A stretch of DNA of 64,000 nucleotides. It comes from Myxococcales bacterium. GTDB lineage: Bacteria > Myxococcota_A > Polyangia > Polyangiales > DASUME01. The notes beneath the pieces are model-generated. The model did no database searches and was not told the origin of the DNA. It worked only from the letters and a program-made list of their open reading frames with translations. The position numbers and the translations under genes were made by a program. Location: NCBI GenBank assembly GCA_047601445.1, contig JASGJH010000001.1:736001-800000 (forward strand), read 5' to 3'. Of the stretch, positions 40,445-49,882 are shown piece by piece; position 1 is the stretch's first letter, and the number at the start of each line of letters is the position of its first letter.

Positions 40445-41371
40445 TCAGCCTCCCACCAACGACAACCACTCGGGATGGGGCTTCCCCTCACCGCGGACGA
40501 CCTCAAAGTACCGCTTTTGTACCTTTTCGGTAACTGGACCGCGTGCGCCGATACCGATTTGCCGGTCGTCGATTTCGCGCACGGGCGTGATCTCCGCCGC
40601 GGTGCCGCACATGAAGACCTCGTCTGCGATGTACAGCTCGTCGCGGGTGATGGTGCGCTCCACCAGCTTGAGCCCCAGCTCGTCGCACAGCTGAATGACG
40701 GTGTCGCGGGTAATTCCCCCGAGAATCGAGGCACCTAGCGGCGGCGTGTAGATGACGCCCTTCTTCACCATGAAGATGTTCTCACCCGACGCCTCGGCCA
40801 CGCAGCCCTGGGTGTCGAGCATGATGGCTTCCTGATAGCCGGCCGCCATCACCTCGCGCTTGGCGAGGATCGAGTTCACGTAGTGCCCGACGATCTTGCC
40901 CTTGGCCATCACCGAGTTGATACCGGGGCGTGTGAAGGAGCTCACCTTGGCACGAATGCCCTTCTTGAGGCCCTCGTCCCCCAGGTAGGCACCCCATTTC
41001 CAGACCACCACCGTGAGATGGGTCCGGTTCTCGGTGGCACCGAGCCCCATGGCCCCCGATCCCAGGAACGCCAGCGGCCGCAGGTAGCACTCGGCGAGCT
41101 TGTTCACCCGCACGGTCTCCAGGCACGCAGCCACGACCTCCTCGCGGCTCTGCTCCAGCTTCATCGTACAGATGTGGGCGGATTCGAAGAGACGGTCGAC
41201 GTGCTCCTGAAGTCGGAAGATCGCGCTCTGCCCGTTGGCCAGCTTGTAGCAGCGGATACCCTCGAAGACCCCGAGCCCGTAGTGCAGGGTGTGCGTGAGC
41301 ACGTGCACCTTGGCGTCGTCCCAGTTGACGAGCGCACCATCGAGCCAGATTTTCTCCACTTTATCGACCAT
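40445..41371 (-). CDS. ilvE: Branched-chain amino acid aminotransferase
   Basis: HVLTHTLHYGLGVFEGIRCY, AKGKIVGHYVNS, EASGENIF, ILGGITR, ADEVFMCGTAAEITP. Confidence 0.95.
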   Translation of the reverse strand: MVDKVEKIWLDGALVNWDDAKVHVLTHTLHYGLGVFEGIRCYKLANGQSAIFRLQEHVDRLFESAHICTMKLEQSREEVVAACLETVRVNKLAECYLRPLAFLGSGAMGLGATENRTHLTVVVWKWGAYLGDEGLKKGIRAKVSSFTRPGINSVMAKGKIVGHYVNSILAKREVMAAGYQEAIMLDTQGCVAEASGENIFMVKKGVIYTPPLGASILGGITRDTVIQLCDELGLKLVERTITRDELYIADEVFMCGTAAEITPVREIDDRQIGIGARGPVTEKVQKRYFEVVRGEGKPHPEWLSLVGG

Positions 41372-41481
41372 CGAGCGCCTCCAAACGGAAGGCAGTGATC
41401 GCATGGCCGCGCGGGCCCGTCCACGATTTGCTGGCGCACGCAGCCGCCCATTTCCGAAGGGTGGGCGCCCGGGCCGCTCGG

Positions 41482-41510
41482 TTGACGCTGAAACCCCCGT
41501 CTAGTACAAC
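41482..41510 (+). promoter_or_regulatory. Putative sigma70 promoter upstream of yajC-secDF
   Basis: TTGACG-N17-TACAAC. Confidence 0.45.
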
Positions 41511-41677
41511 CGCGCGGCCTCAGATCCCGGTGCGCCAGTGTCTCGTTCAGAGCTTGGTCGGCATCATGCTAGGGCAGCCTAAGCGACTCGCTCGCCGGGT
41601 CGTTGGGGTGGGGTGGCGGCTCTCGGCGGTGGAGAGCTCGGATGAAGCCCGTTGCAGGTTAGCGCAGGAGTTTCCCT

Positions 41678-42070
41678 TTGTACGGCCTTTTGCACATTTT
41701 GACGACCTGGTTACAGCCCGATGCGAGCTCGGGTGCGGCGCCAGTGAGCAGCAGCCCGGCGCGCGCGCCGGGTGGTCTCGACGGGGGGCTCACGAACATC
41801 GGCCTGATGGCGCTGATGATGGTGGTCTTCTGGTTGGTGCTGATCCGGCCCCAACAGAAGAAGCAGAAAGAGCTCGACGCGCTGCTCAAGCAGCTCAAGA
41901 AGGGCCAAAAGGTTCGCACCAGCGGGGGCATTCGCGGCGAGATCGTCGACTTCAAAACTGAAGCCGGCGACGAGGTGGTGCTGATGATCGCCGACCGCGT
42001 GAAGATCAACATTCTTCGTTCTCACGTCGCCGGGCTCGTGGAGCAGGGCGAGCAAGAGCAGAAGAGCTGA
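41678..42070 (+). CDS. yajC: Preprotein translocase subunit YajC
   Basis: TM then FWLVLIRPQQKKQKE...LKKGQKVRTSGGIRG; precedes secD. Confidence 0.93.
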   Translation: MYGLLHILTTWLQPDASSGAAPVSSSPARAPGGLDGGLTNIGLMALMMVVFWLVLIRPQQKKQKELDALLKQLKKGQKVRTSGGIRGEIVDFKTEAGDEVVLMIADRVKINILRSHVAGLVEQGEQEQKS

Positions 42071-42127
42071 GGGGTTCGGAGCCGCGCGAGCGCGCTTCGA
42101 GTCTCAAGCCAGAAGGCTGAGAGAGAT

Positions 42128-43948
42128 ATGGACAGGGGTTGGTACGCACGCGTGAGCCTGGTGGCCTTGTTGCTGGTCGGCTCTGTACTCGTGGTGTGGC
42201 CGAGCTTGGACGCAGTGTATCCGGCGCCCGCTTGGCTCAAGGACAAGGTTTCCTCGCGCATCGCGCCTGGACTCGACGTCAAGGGAGGCCTGCGGCTGAC
42301 CTACGAGGTCGAGGTGGACGAAGCGATTCGCGACCGTCGCGATCGGTTGGCCGAGGACATCCTCGACCGCCTGGGCGTGGCTTTCGGCATCTTCAAGGCG
42401 GAAGAGCGGCCGACCCGTGAGCAACTCGACCAGGTGCGCGCGCGCGTGACCGTCGAGACTGTCGGTGAGCGCCAGATCCGCGCGACCTTCAAGAGTGCCG
42501 CGGACGCCGAGAAGCTCAACCTCGACCTGATCCGCAAGTTCGGTGACCTCAAGGAAGAGTCCCGCAAGGGCGCGGTGGTCATGATGGGCATCCGCCCGGA
42601 CATGGTCGACCAGCTGCGCGAGACCGCCGTGGGCCAGGCCCGCGAGACCATCGCCGACCGCATCGACAAGCTCGGTGTGCGCGAGACGAGCGTCACGGCG
42701 CGCGGCACGGACATCGCCATCGAGATCCCGGGCGCAGACGAGGCGAGCTTCGCGCGCATCCGCGAGATCATCAGCCGTACGGCGCGCCTGGAGTTCAAGG
42801 TCGTCGACGACGACAGCAACTTCATGGACACGCTGACCGATTTGCCCGAGGGCGTGGAGCGTCAGAGCGAAGTGGTCTCGGCCGGCGTCCAGACGCCCCA
42901 GAAGGTAGTGAGCTACCTGCTGGCTCAGGGCGAGAACGCCCGCCAGACCCTGCAGGCCTACGTGGACTCCGTGAGGGACAAGGTCCCAGACGGCCGCGAG
43001 ATCGCGCTCGGGGAGCTCGATTCCATGGAAGAGGGGCCTGCGGCTTCCAAGAACCGGGCCTGGCGTACGTACCTGCTCAACTCGCGCGCCGACGTGAGCG
43101 GTGAAGACGTGAAGGAAGCCTTCACGGCCTTCGACCAGGAGAACAACGCGCCGTACGTCGCGCTGAACTTCAACCAGAAGGGCGCCGACAAGTTCGGTGA
43201 GCTCACGGGCCGGAACATCAAGCGCCGTATGGCCATCGTGCTCGACGAGCGCGTCGAGAGCGCGCCCGTGATTCAGACCCAGATCGGCGGCGGTCGCTGC
43301 CAGATCACGCTCGGCGGATCGCGCAACTACAACGAGACGCTGCAGGAAGCCAAGGACCTCGTGGTGGTGCTGCGCGCGGGCGCATTGCCTGCGCCCATCC
43401 GTCCGGCCAACGAGCAGATGATTGGTCCGTCGCTCGGGCAAGACGCCATCCAGAAGGGCGGCTTGGGAGCGCTCCTCGGCATCGCCCTCGTGGTCATCTT
43501 CATGCTGATCTACTACCAGATGGCTGGCTTGGTCGCGGACCTGTCCGTGCTCTTGAACCTCCTGTTCCTGTTCGCGCTGATGGCGCTGTTCGAGGCCACG
43601 CTCACGCTCCCCGGCGTCGCTGGCATTGCGCTCACCGTCGGTATGGCGGTGGACGCCAACGTGCTCATCAACGAGCGCATCCGCGAGGAGCTGCGGGCGG
43701 GTAAGTCGGCTCGCGTCGCGGTGGACCAGGGCTTCGACCGCGCTTTCTGGTCGATCTTCGACGGTCAGATCACCACCTTCATCGCGGGCGTGGTGCTCTT
43801 CCAGTACGGCAGCGGTCCCATCAAGGGCTTCGCCGTCACGCTGATGATCGGCATCGTCACCTCGCTCTTCACGGGCGTGTTCTGTTCGCGGGTTTTCTTC
43901 GATTGGCTCGTGCGCGGTCTGCGCGTGAAGTCGCTCAAGGTCGGGTGA
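42128..43948 (+). CDS. secD: Protein translocase subunit SecD
   Basis: GLDVKGG, RIDKLGVRE, LRAGALPAP, IGPSLG, TLTLPGVAG, GMAVDANVLINERIREE. Confidence 0.96.
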   Translation: MDRGWYARVSLVALLLVGSVLVVWPSLDAVYPAPAWLKDKVSSRIAPGLDVKGGLRLTYEVEVDEAIRDRRDRLAEDILDRLGVAFGIFKAEERPTREQLDQVRARVTVETVGERQIRATFKSAADAEKLNLDLIRKFGDLKEESRKGAVVMMGIRPDMVDQLRETAVGQARETIADRIDKLGVRETSVTARGTDIAIEIPGADEASFARIREIISRTARLEFKVVDDDSNFMDTLTDLPEGVERQSEVVSAGVQTPQKVVSYLLAQGENARQTLQAYVDSVRDKVPDGREIALGELDSMEEGPAASKNRAWRTYLLNSRADVSGEDVKEAFTAFDQENNAPYVALNFNQKGADKFGELTGRNIKRRMAIVLDERVESAPVIQTQIGGGRCQITLGGSRNYNETLQEAKDLVVVLRAGALPAPIRPANEQMIGPSLGQDAIQKGGLGALLGIALVVIFMLIYYQMAGLVADLSVLLNLLFLFALMALFEATLTLPGVAGIALTVGMAVDANVLINERIREELRAGKSARVAVDQGFDRAFWSIFDGQITTFIAGVVLFQYGSGPIKGFAVTLMIGIVTSLFTGVFCSRVFFDWLVRGLRVKSLKVG

Positions 43949-43952
43949 GGTC

Positions 43953-45077
43953 ATGGAGTTCTTCAAGCCGAAAGGCACCATCAACTTCATGAAGTACCGC
44001 GGGGTCATCATCCCGATCTCGCTGTTCTTGGCGTTCCTCGGCATCGTGTCCGTGGCGTGGCCGGGTCCGAACTACGGCATCGACTTCAAGGGCGGCACCG
44101 AGATCCAGCTGAAGTTCGGTGAGAAGGTCACCTCCAACCAGGTGCGCTCCACCTTGGCCGAGATCGGATACGACGCCGAAGTCGTGAACGTCGAAGGCCG
44201 TCCGGGTGAGTACCTGGTGCGCGTCGGCGAGGTCAGCTCGCTGCCCTCCGGCAAAATCGAGGAGATCAAGAAGGCCATCAACTGGAACATCGCCGGCGTG
44301 AAGGTCGAGGAGCTCCGGGTCTCCCCCGGTGGCGACAAGATCGCGCTGCGCATGCGCGAGGAGACCGATCCCGATGCCATCGAGCAGGCCCTCAAGGCGG
44401 CCGGCGCGGACGTGCGCGCGGTCGCGCCCTTCGGTTCGCGCGACCAGCATCGCTACGAGGCGCAGCTGGTGGGCGTCGCCGACGAGGTCATTCAGGGCCT
44501 GCAGGCCAAGCTGGGCGAGGCGGCCCCCGAGGCTCCGCTGCGCGTGGAATGGGTGGGTCCCAAGGCTGGTAAGCAGCTGCGCGTTGCGGCGGTGAAGTCG
44601 CTGATGTGGGCGATCCTCTTCATCATGGGCTACGTGGCGATGCGCTTCGATCTGCGCTTCGCACCCGGCGGCATCATCGCGCTGATGCACGACGCCCTGA
44701 TCACCGTGCTCGTGTTCGTGGTGATGCGCCGCGAGATCAACCTGGCGACGGTGGCAGCGCTGCTCACCATTCTCGGTTACTCCATCAACGACACCATCGT
44801 GATCTTCGATCGCATCCGCGAGAACATGACGCGCATGCGCGAGCACTCGATGTACGACCTCATCAACATCAGCACGACGCAGACGCTGTCGCGCTCGATC
44901 CTGACGTCGTTCGTGACCTTGCTCTCGATCTTGCCCTTCTTGATCTGGGGAACCCCCGTCATCAAGGACTTCGCCCTCGCGTTGGTCATCGGTATGGTCG
45001 TCGGCTCCTACTCCACGATCTACATCGCCGCTCCGTTCACGGAGTGGATGGACAGGAAGCTCTTCTCCAAAGCGTGA
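43953..45077 (+). CDS. secF: Protein translocase subunit SecF
   Basis: GIDFKGG, VGPKAG, HD, GYSINDTIVIFDRIREN, GSYSTIYIA. Confidence 0.96.
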   Translation: MEFFKPKGTINFMKYRGVIIPISLFLAFLGIVSVAWPGPNYGIDFKGGTEIQLKFGEKVTSNQVRSTLAEIGYDAEVVNVEGRPGEYLVRVGEVSSLPSGKIEEIKKAINWNIAGVKVEELRVSPGGDKIALRMREETDPDAIEQALKAAGADVRAVAPFGSRDQHRYEAQLVGVADEVIQGLQAKLGEAAPEAPLRVEWVGPKAGKQLRVAAVKSLMWAILFIMGYVAMRFDLRFAPGGIIALMHDALITVLVFVVMRREINLATVAALLTILGYSINDTIVIFDRIRENMTRMREHSMYDLINISTTQTLSRSILTSFVTLLSILPFLIWGTPVIKDFALALVIGMVVGSYSTIYIAAPFTEWMDRKLFSKA

Positions 45078-46933
45078 GCCGTTCTGCGGGGCCGTGGGGC
45101 GCAAGTTGTGCTCTACTCGGCCCCGTGCTGGCCACGCTCGAAGAAGTCACCGAGATCGACGCGGGCGGTCGCGCCAGCGAACCCGCAGGAGTCGGCCTCG
45201 TGCCGGCGCTCCCCTCGGTCGCACCCGCTCCTGCACCGGCCAGGCTAAGCCGCCGCTACGTGCTGCGGCAGCAGGACCCTGCGCGGGCCGAGGAACTCGC
45301 GCGAACCTGCGGTGTCTCTCCCGTCATAGCCCAGGTGCTGTTGAACCGCGGGCTCTTCGAGGGAGCCGAGGCCCAGGCGTTCTTGCAGCCCAAGCTCGCG
45401 AACCTCACGCAGCCGGACGGCATGCTCGACCGGGCCCGCGCGGCCGAGCGCCTGGCAGATGCGGTTGACCGACGCGAGCAAATCGTGGTGTTCGGGGACT
45501 ACGACGTCGATGGCACCACCAGCACGGCGATCCTGGCCGACGTACTCGAGGCGCTCGGCGGGCGCGTTCAAGCCCTGGTCGCGAATCGTTTCGAGGGAGG
45601 CTACGGGCTGAGCGATCGCGCGCTCGATCGCATTCTCGCCCTTTCGCCGCGCGTTCTCGTCACCTGTGACTGCGGCTCGAGCGACGGCCCGCGCGTGGCA
45701 CGTGCGCGCGCCGCGGGTGTGGACGTGATCGTGGTGGATCACCACCTGGTTCCTCCCGACCCGCTCGAGGCGGTGGCGTTCCTCAATCCGCATCGGCCCG
45801 AGTGCGGCTTTCCCTTCAAAGGCCTGTGCAGCGCCGGGCTGGCGCTGTCGCTGTCGGCCGCCGTTCGCGCGCGGCTCAAGTCCAACCTCGACCTGCGCCA
45901 GTGGCTCGACTTGGTGGCGCTCGGGACCATCGCGGACATCGCCCCATTGCACACGGACAACCGGGCCCTGGTGCGCGTCGGCCTCGATCGCCTGGCCTCC
46001 GATCAAGCGCGCCCGGGTGTGATGGCGTTGCGCGAAGCCGCCAAGATTCGGACGGGTACCCACGTGTCGGGTATCGACGTGGCCTTCCGGCTAGCGCCGC
46101 GGTTGAACGCGGCAGGTCGGCTCGGCGATCCGGCCGTGACTTTGGCGCTCCTGCGCGCCAAGACCCTCGAGGAGGCACGCGGACTCGCGCTGCAAATCGA
46201 GCGTCTGAACAACGAGCGCAAGGAGCTCGAGCGCCAGGTGACCGCGGCCGCCATCGAGCAAGTCGATCTCGATGCCCACGAGCGCCACGGCATCGTGGCG
46301 GCAGGGCAGGGCTGGCACCGCGGCGTGGTCGGTATCAGCGCGGCCCGCCTCGTGGAGCGCTATCAGCGGCCCACCCTGGTGATTGGCCTGGACGGCGAGT
46401 TCGGGCACGGCAGCGGTCGCGCCCCCGACGGCTTTCCGCTCTACGCCGCCATCGCCCGTAGTCGGGAGCTGCTCGAGAAGTTTGGCGGTCACGACGCGGC
46501 AGCGGGCCTCACAATCCGCGCCGATCGCGTGGAGCTGTTGCGCGCTCAATTCGAGAGCGCCTGTGCCGAGCTCGCCACGCAGCGCATCGAAGTCGAGGAG
46601 ATCGCGGTCGATGCGCGCATCGACGGTGAGGGTTATCGCCTCCCTGTGGCCCCGGAGTTGGTGCTCCTCGAGCCACTCGGAGAGTGCAACCCCGAGCCGG
46701 TGTTCGAAGCTCGCGGCGAGGTGGTGCGCGCCGACGAAGTGGGTGAGGGGCACCTCAAGCTCACGCTTCGCATCGGCGCACGCGAGCTCCCCGCATTCGG
46801 TTACGAGCTGGCCGCACGCCGTCCAGCGCTCGCCACGCGCGTGCGTGCCTTCGGGCACCTCCGCCCCGACACCTATCGAGGGGGGCAATGCGTGGAATTG
46901 CGGCTCCTCGATCTCGAGCTCGAAACTCCCTGA
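45074..46933 (+). CDS. recJ: ssDNA exonuclease RecJ
   Basis: GDYDVDG, RFEGGYGL, VDHH, ALGTIAD, APRLNAAGRL, GSGR, FGGH..AAG; start uncertain (45074 or 45125). Confidence 0.94.
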   Translation: MSRSAGPWGASCALLGPVLATLEEVTEIDAGGRASEPAGVGLVPALPSVAPAPAPARLSRRYVLRQQDPARAEELARTCGVSPVIAQVLLNRGLFEGAEAQAFLQPKLANLTQPDGMLDRARAAERLADAVDRREQIVVFGDYDVDGTTSTAILADVLEALGGRVQALVANRFEGGYGLSDRALDRILALSPRVLVTCDCGSSDGPRVARARAAGVDVIVVDHHLVPPDPLEAVAFLNPHRPECGFPFKGLCSAGLALSLSAAVRARLKSNLDLRQWLDLVALGTIADIAPLHTDNRALVRVGLDRLASDQARPGVMALREAAKIRTGTHVSGIDVAFRLAPRLNAAGRLGDPAVTLALLRAKTLEEARGLALQIERLNNERKELERQVTAAAIEQVDLDAHERHGIVAAGQGWHRGVVGISAARLVERYQRPTLVIGLDGEFGHGSGRAPDGFPLYAAIARSRELLEKFGGHDAAAGLTIRADRVELLRAQFESACAELATQRIEVEEIAVDARIDGEGYRLPVAPELVLLEPLGECNPEPVFEARGEVVRADEVGEGHLKLTLRIGARELPAFGYELAARRPALATRVRAFGHLRPDTYRGGQCVELRLLDLELETP

Positions 46934-47011
46934 GCGCGGCGCACGGGGTGGGCTTGCCCTGGCGCCGAGTGTTGGCGCGACTTTCCTACCTCGCGCGCCG
47001 CTGCCAGGGCG

Positions 47012-47806
47012 CTACTTGCCGGTCCACTTGGGCTCCCGCTTCTGAAGAAATGCTGCCAGCCCTTCCGCGGCATCCTGGGTGCCGAGTAGCGCCAGGAACT
47101 GGGCCTTGAGTGTCGGTAGGCTCTCGGCCAGCGGCACCCCATGCTGCTGATGGAACGCGCGCAGGCCGTGCGCCATGGCAGTGGGAGAACGGCTAGAGAG
47201 CGCTTGGCTGAGCTTGTTTACTTCTGCGTCCAGCTCGCCGTCTGCCACGACCCGCGTCAGCAGGCCCGCTTCGAAGGCGGCGTGGGCGCTCCATTTCTCG
47301 CCCACCAACATCAGCTCGATCAGCTTGCGGCGGGGCATCAGGGGCGCCAGCACGGCCATGATCTGCATCGGAAATAGTCCGCGGTGGATCTCGGGGGTAC
47401 CGAGCACCGCGCTCTCGGCGGCGATCGCGAAATCCGCGCTCGCCACGAGCCCTAGACCTCCCCCCAGGGCGGGGCCGAGGACGCGGGCCACGACGGGCTT
47501 GCCCAGCGCGGAGAACCGCAGCAGCAGGTCCGCAAAGTCACCACGTACCGCGAGGGCGGGCTCCTTGCCCGCGCTCCCCATCTGGCTGAGATCCGCGCCA
47601 GCACAGAAGGCCGCCCCGCTACCCGTGAGGACGACCACGCGCACGTCGGGATCCTCTTTGGCGTCGTCCAGGGCCCACAACAGCTCGTTGACCATCTGCG
47701 GGCTGAGCGCGTTTTTCCGCTCCGGATTGTGCAGGGTCAGCGTGGCGACGTGGTCGCTCCGTTGAACCTGGAGCTTCTGGTATTCGGGGCGATGGGCGAG
47801 GGCCAT
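47012..47806 (-). CDS. Enoyl-CoA hydratase/isomerase family protein
   Basis: PERKNAL, AFCAGADL, ALGGGLGL, PE..RG..P, EGLAAFLQKREPKW. Confidence 0.92.
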   Translation of the reverse strand: MALAHRPEYQKLQVQRSDHVATLTLHNPERKNALSPQMVNELLWALDDAKEDPDVRVVVLTGSGAAFCAGADLSQMGSAGKEPALAVRGDFADLLLRFSALGKPVVARVLGPALGGGLGLVASADFAIAAESAVLGTPEIHRGLFPMQIMAVLAPLMPRRKLIELMLVGEKWSAHAAFEAGLLTRVVADGELDAEVNKLSQALSSRSPTAMAHGLRAFHQQHGVPLAESLPTLKAQFLALLGTQDAAEGLAAFLQKREPKWTGK

Positions 47807-47928
47807 GAGTCTTAACTCCACTTTCGCGGGCGGGGATTTCGACAGGAAACTGACGGGCTTGGGCCAGCGTTCCTTGATGTGTCTCGCCTTTCAACGTACT
47901 CTGCCCGGCACAGTCACGGGAGGGGTGG

Positions 47929-48510
47929 GTGCGGTCGCTCATGCTCAAGTCTTTCGCAACGGCGCTTCTGGTATTGGCGGTCACGTTCCAGGCGAGCGAG
48001 GCCTCGGCTCAGGCTCAGCCCACGGATTCGAGCGAGGTCATCACCACGCCGGGGCACCGCCTCAACGGCAATGTCGCCGGAACCATTGGGCTTGGCCTGC
48101 TGGGTGCGGAAGTCGGCCTGATCCTGACCCCCACCTTCGGCCTCCAGGATCACTGGTGGGCGTGGGTGCTGTTCCCCACCGTGGGAGCGGCGGGCGGTGC
48201 GGTCGCAGGCGCCCTGGCGTTCGATCCGCATGACCCTGGCCCCAAGGTCACGCTCACGTTGATGGGCGTGGGCATGGCCCTGGTCGTCCCCGCCATCGTG
48301 GGAGCCATGGCCCTCAAGGACCGCAAGAACAACCGCGCTCTCGAGAATCGGCTCGAGGGAGGTGGGGCAATCCGCCTCAGCAAGAAGGGCACACGCTTCG
48401 GCGTGCCCGATGTGGGTGCCACGCCCGTGTACACCGCGGCCGAGCAGCAGCGTTTTGGCGTGACCCAGCGCAGCGCCTACCAGATTTCGCTGGTTTCTGG
48501 CCGCTTCTGA
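47929..48510 (+). CDS. Hypothetical exported/membrane protein
   Basis: Signal peptide, Gly-rich hydrophobic segments, ends VSGRF; GC3 bias. Confidence 0.65.
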   Translation: MRSLMLKSFATALLVLAVTFQASEASAQAQPTDSSEVITTPGHRLNGNVAGTIGLGLLGAEVGLILTPTFGLQDHWWAWVLFPTVGAAGGAVAGALAFDPHDPGPKVTLTLMGVGMALVVPAIVGAMALKDRKNNRALENRLEGGGAIRLSKKGTRFGVPDVGATPVYTAAEQQRFGVTQRSAYQISLVSGRF

Positions 48511-48632
48511 GCCGCGCGACCAGCTAGGTCCGCGCACGAAAGGTGCGGCCAGCGTCCGCGGGCTGCGAGAGTACGGCCAGAGGGCTTCGCGGTTTCGAAG
48601 GCCGTTCAAGCCCGCCGTCCCGGAGCCGCACG

Positions 48633-49616
48633 ATGTCCATGTTGGCCGCTCGAGTGCAGCTCACGCTCCAGCAGCGCAGCTTGTTTCGCGGAGCCCGCAC
48701 CGTGCTGGTGGCTTGCTCGGGCGGACCGGACTCGCAGGTTCTGCTGCATGTTCTTGCCGGACTACGAGCCCGCCACGGCTGCACTCTGGTGGCGGCTGGC
48801 GTCGACCACGGACTGCGTCCGGAGGCCGCCTCGGAGCTCGCACTCGCCGAAGAGCTGGCCCAGCAGCTCGAGGTGCCATTCATGCGGCTTCAGGTGCGCG
48901 TGGCGACCGGGCCCTCGCTGCAGGCCCAGGCGCGCTCAGCGCGCTACCAGGCGCTGCTCGCGTGCGCGCAGGAGCATGGGGCCGAACGGGTCGCCGTCGG
49001 ACACACCCTGGACGATCAGGCCGAAACCGTGCTCGGCAGGCTGCTGCGCGGGGCTGGACTCGAAGGGCTGCGCGGGGTGGTGCCCAGGCGCGCGGACGGC
49101 GTGGTGCGGCCGTTGCTCGACGCGCGCCGCGCGGAGGTGCACGCCCATGCCGCGGAGCATCAACTTCGGTTCGCGCGAGATCCCAGCAATCAGGACCGGA
49201 AATTTATGCGCGTGCGTGTGCGAAACCGCCTATTGCCCGAGTTGGAGGCCGAGAATCCTCGCCTCACTGAGCATTTGGCTGCGCTCGCGGATGATGTGCG
49301 AGAGGTTTCGCAGTTGCTCGCAGGCGAGGTGCAGCGTGCGAAGCGGGCGCTCGAGCTCGGCATGAATGGAGCGGATGTCGAAGGCGCCCGGGAAGAAACG
49401 GGTTATGTCAGGCGTTCGGCCTTGAAGTTGCTAGTGGAAGAGAAGACAGGCAGCGCAATTCAACGCACCCATTTGGTCGCGCTCGAGCGTATGCTGAGAG
49501 ATGGCGGGCAAGTGAGGTTGCCTGGGGACATCGTCGCCTCCATCGGCACAGGGGGGCAGTTGTGCTTTTCCCGCGTCGAGAAACGGGGGCGGGGTATGCG
49601 GCGACCAAACCACTGA
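48633..49616 (+). CDS. tilS: tRNA(Ile)-lysidine synthase (short form)
   Basis: VACSGGPDS, VDHGLR, AR..RY, GHTLDDQAET, RPLL, DPSN, RVRVR; upstream of ftsH. Confidence 0.92.
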   Translation: MSMLAARVQLTLQQRSLFRGARTVLVACSGGPDSQVLLHVLAGLRARHGCTLVAAGVDHGLRPEAASELALAEELAQQLEVPFMRLQVRVATGPSLQAQARSARYQALLACAQEHGAERVAVGHTLDDQAETVLGRLLRGAGLEGLRGVVPRRADGVVRPLLDARRAEVHAHAAEHQLRFARDPSNQDRKFMRVRVRNRLLPELEAENPRLTEHLAALADDVREVSQLLAGEVQRAKRALELGMNGADVEGAREETGYVRRSALKLLVEEKTGSAIQRTHLVALERMLRDGGQVRLPGDIVASIGTGGQLCFSRVEKRGRGMRRPNH

Positions 49617-49765
49617 ACGGTACTCGGGCGGAAGCGCCCCCGAAATGAAACCACGTGATCGGGCCAGCGTGCCCGCGTCGAGCGAGCCACCAGGCGAACG
49701 AGATTGGACACATCGAGATAACGAAATCCGCCACGAAAGAGCGGCTAGCGCGTCAGCAGCTCTTA

Positions 49766-49794
49766 TTGATGGGGAGGGGGGCCTGTGTTATCAC
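49766..49794 (+). promoter_or_regulatory. Putative sigma70 promoter of ftsH
   Basis: TTGATG-N17-TATCAC with TG extension. Confidence 0.35.
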
Positions 49795-49882
49795 GAAAGC
49801 GCCCCTTACGTAGGTCGAGCACTGCCCCCAAGAAGGCCCTCGACCGCAGGCTTTAACCCGCGCGCGCGCCCATGAGGTTTCC

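Noticed and set aside
44606..45073. N-terminal extension of RecJ in the ORF track
   Set aside because: Overlaps secF in another frame; real start is at or after 45074
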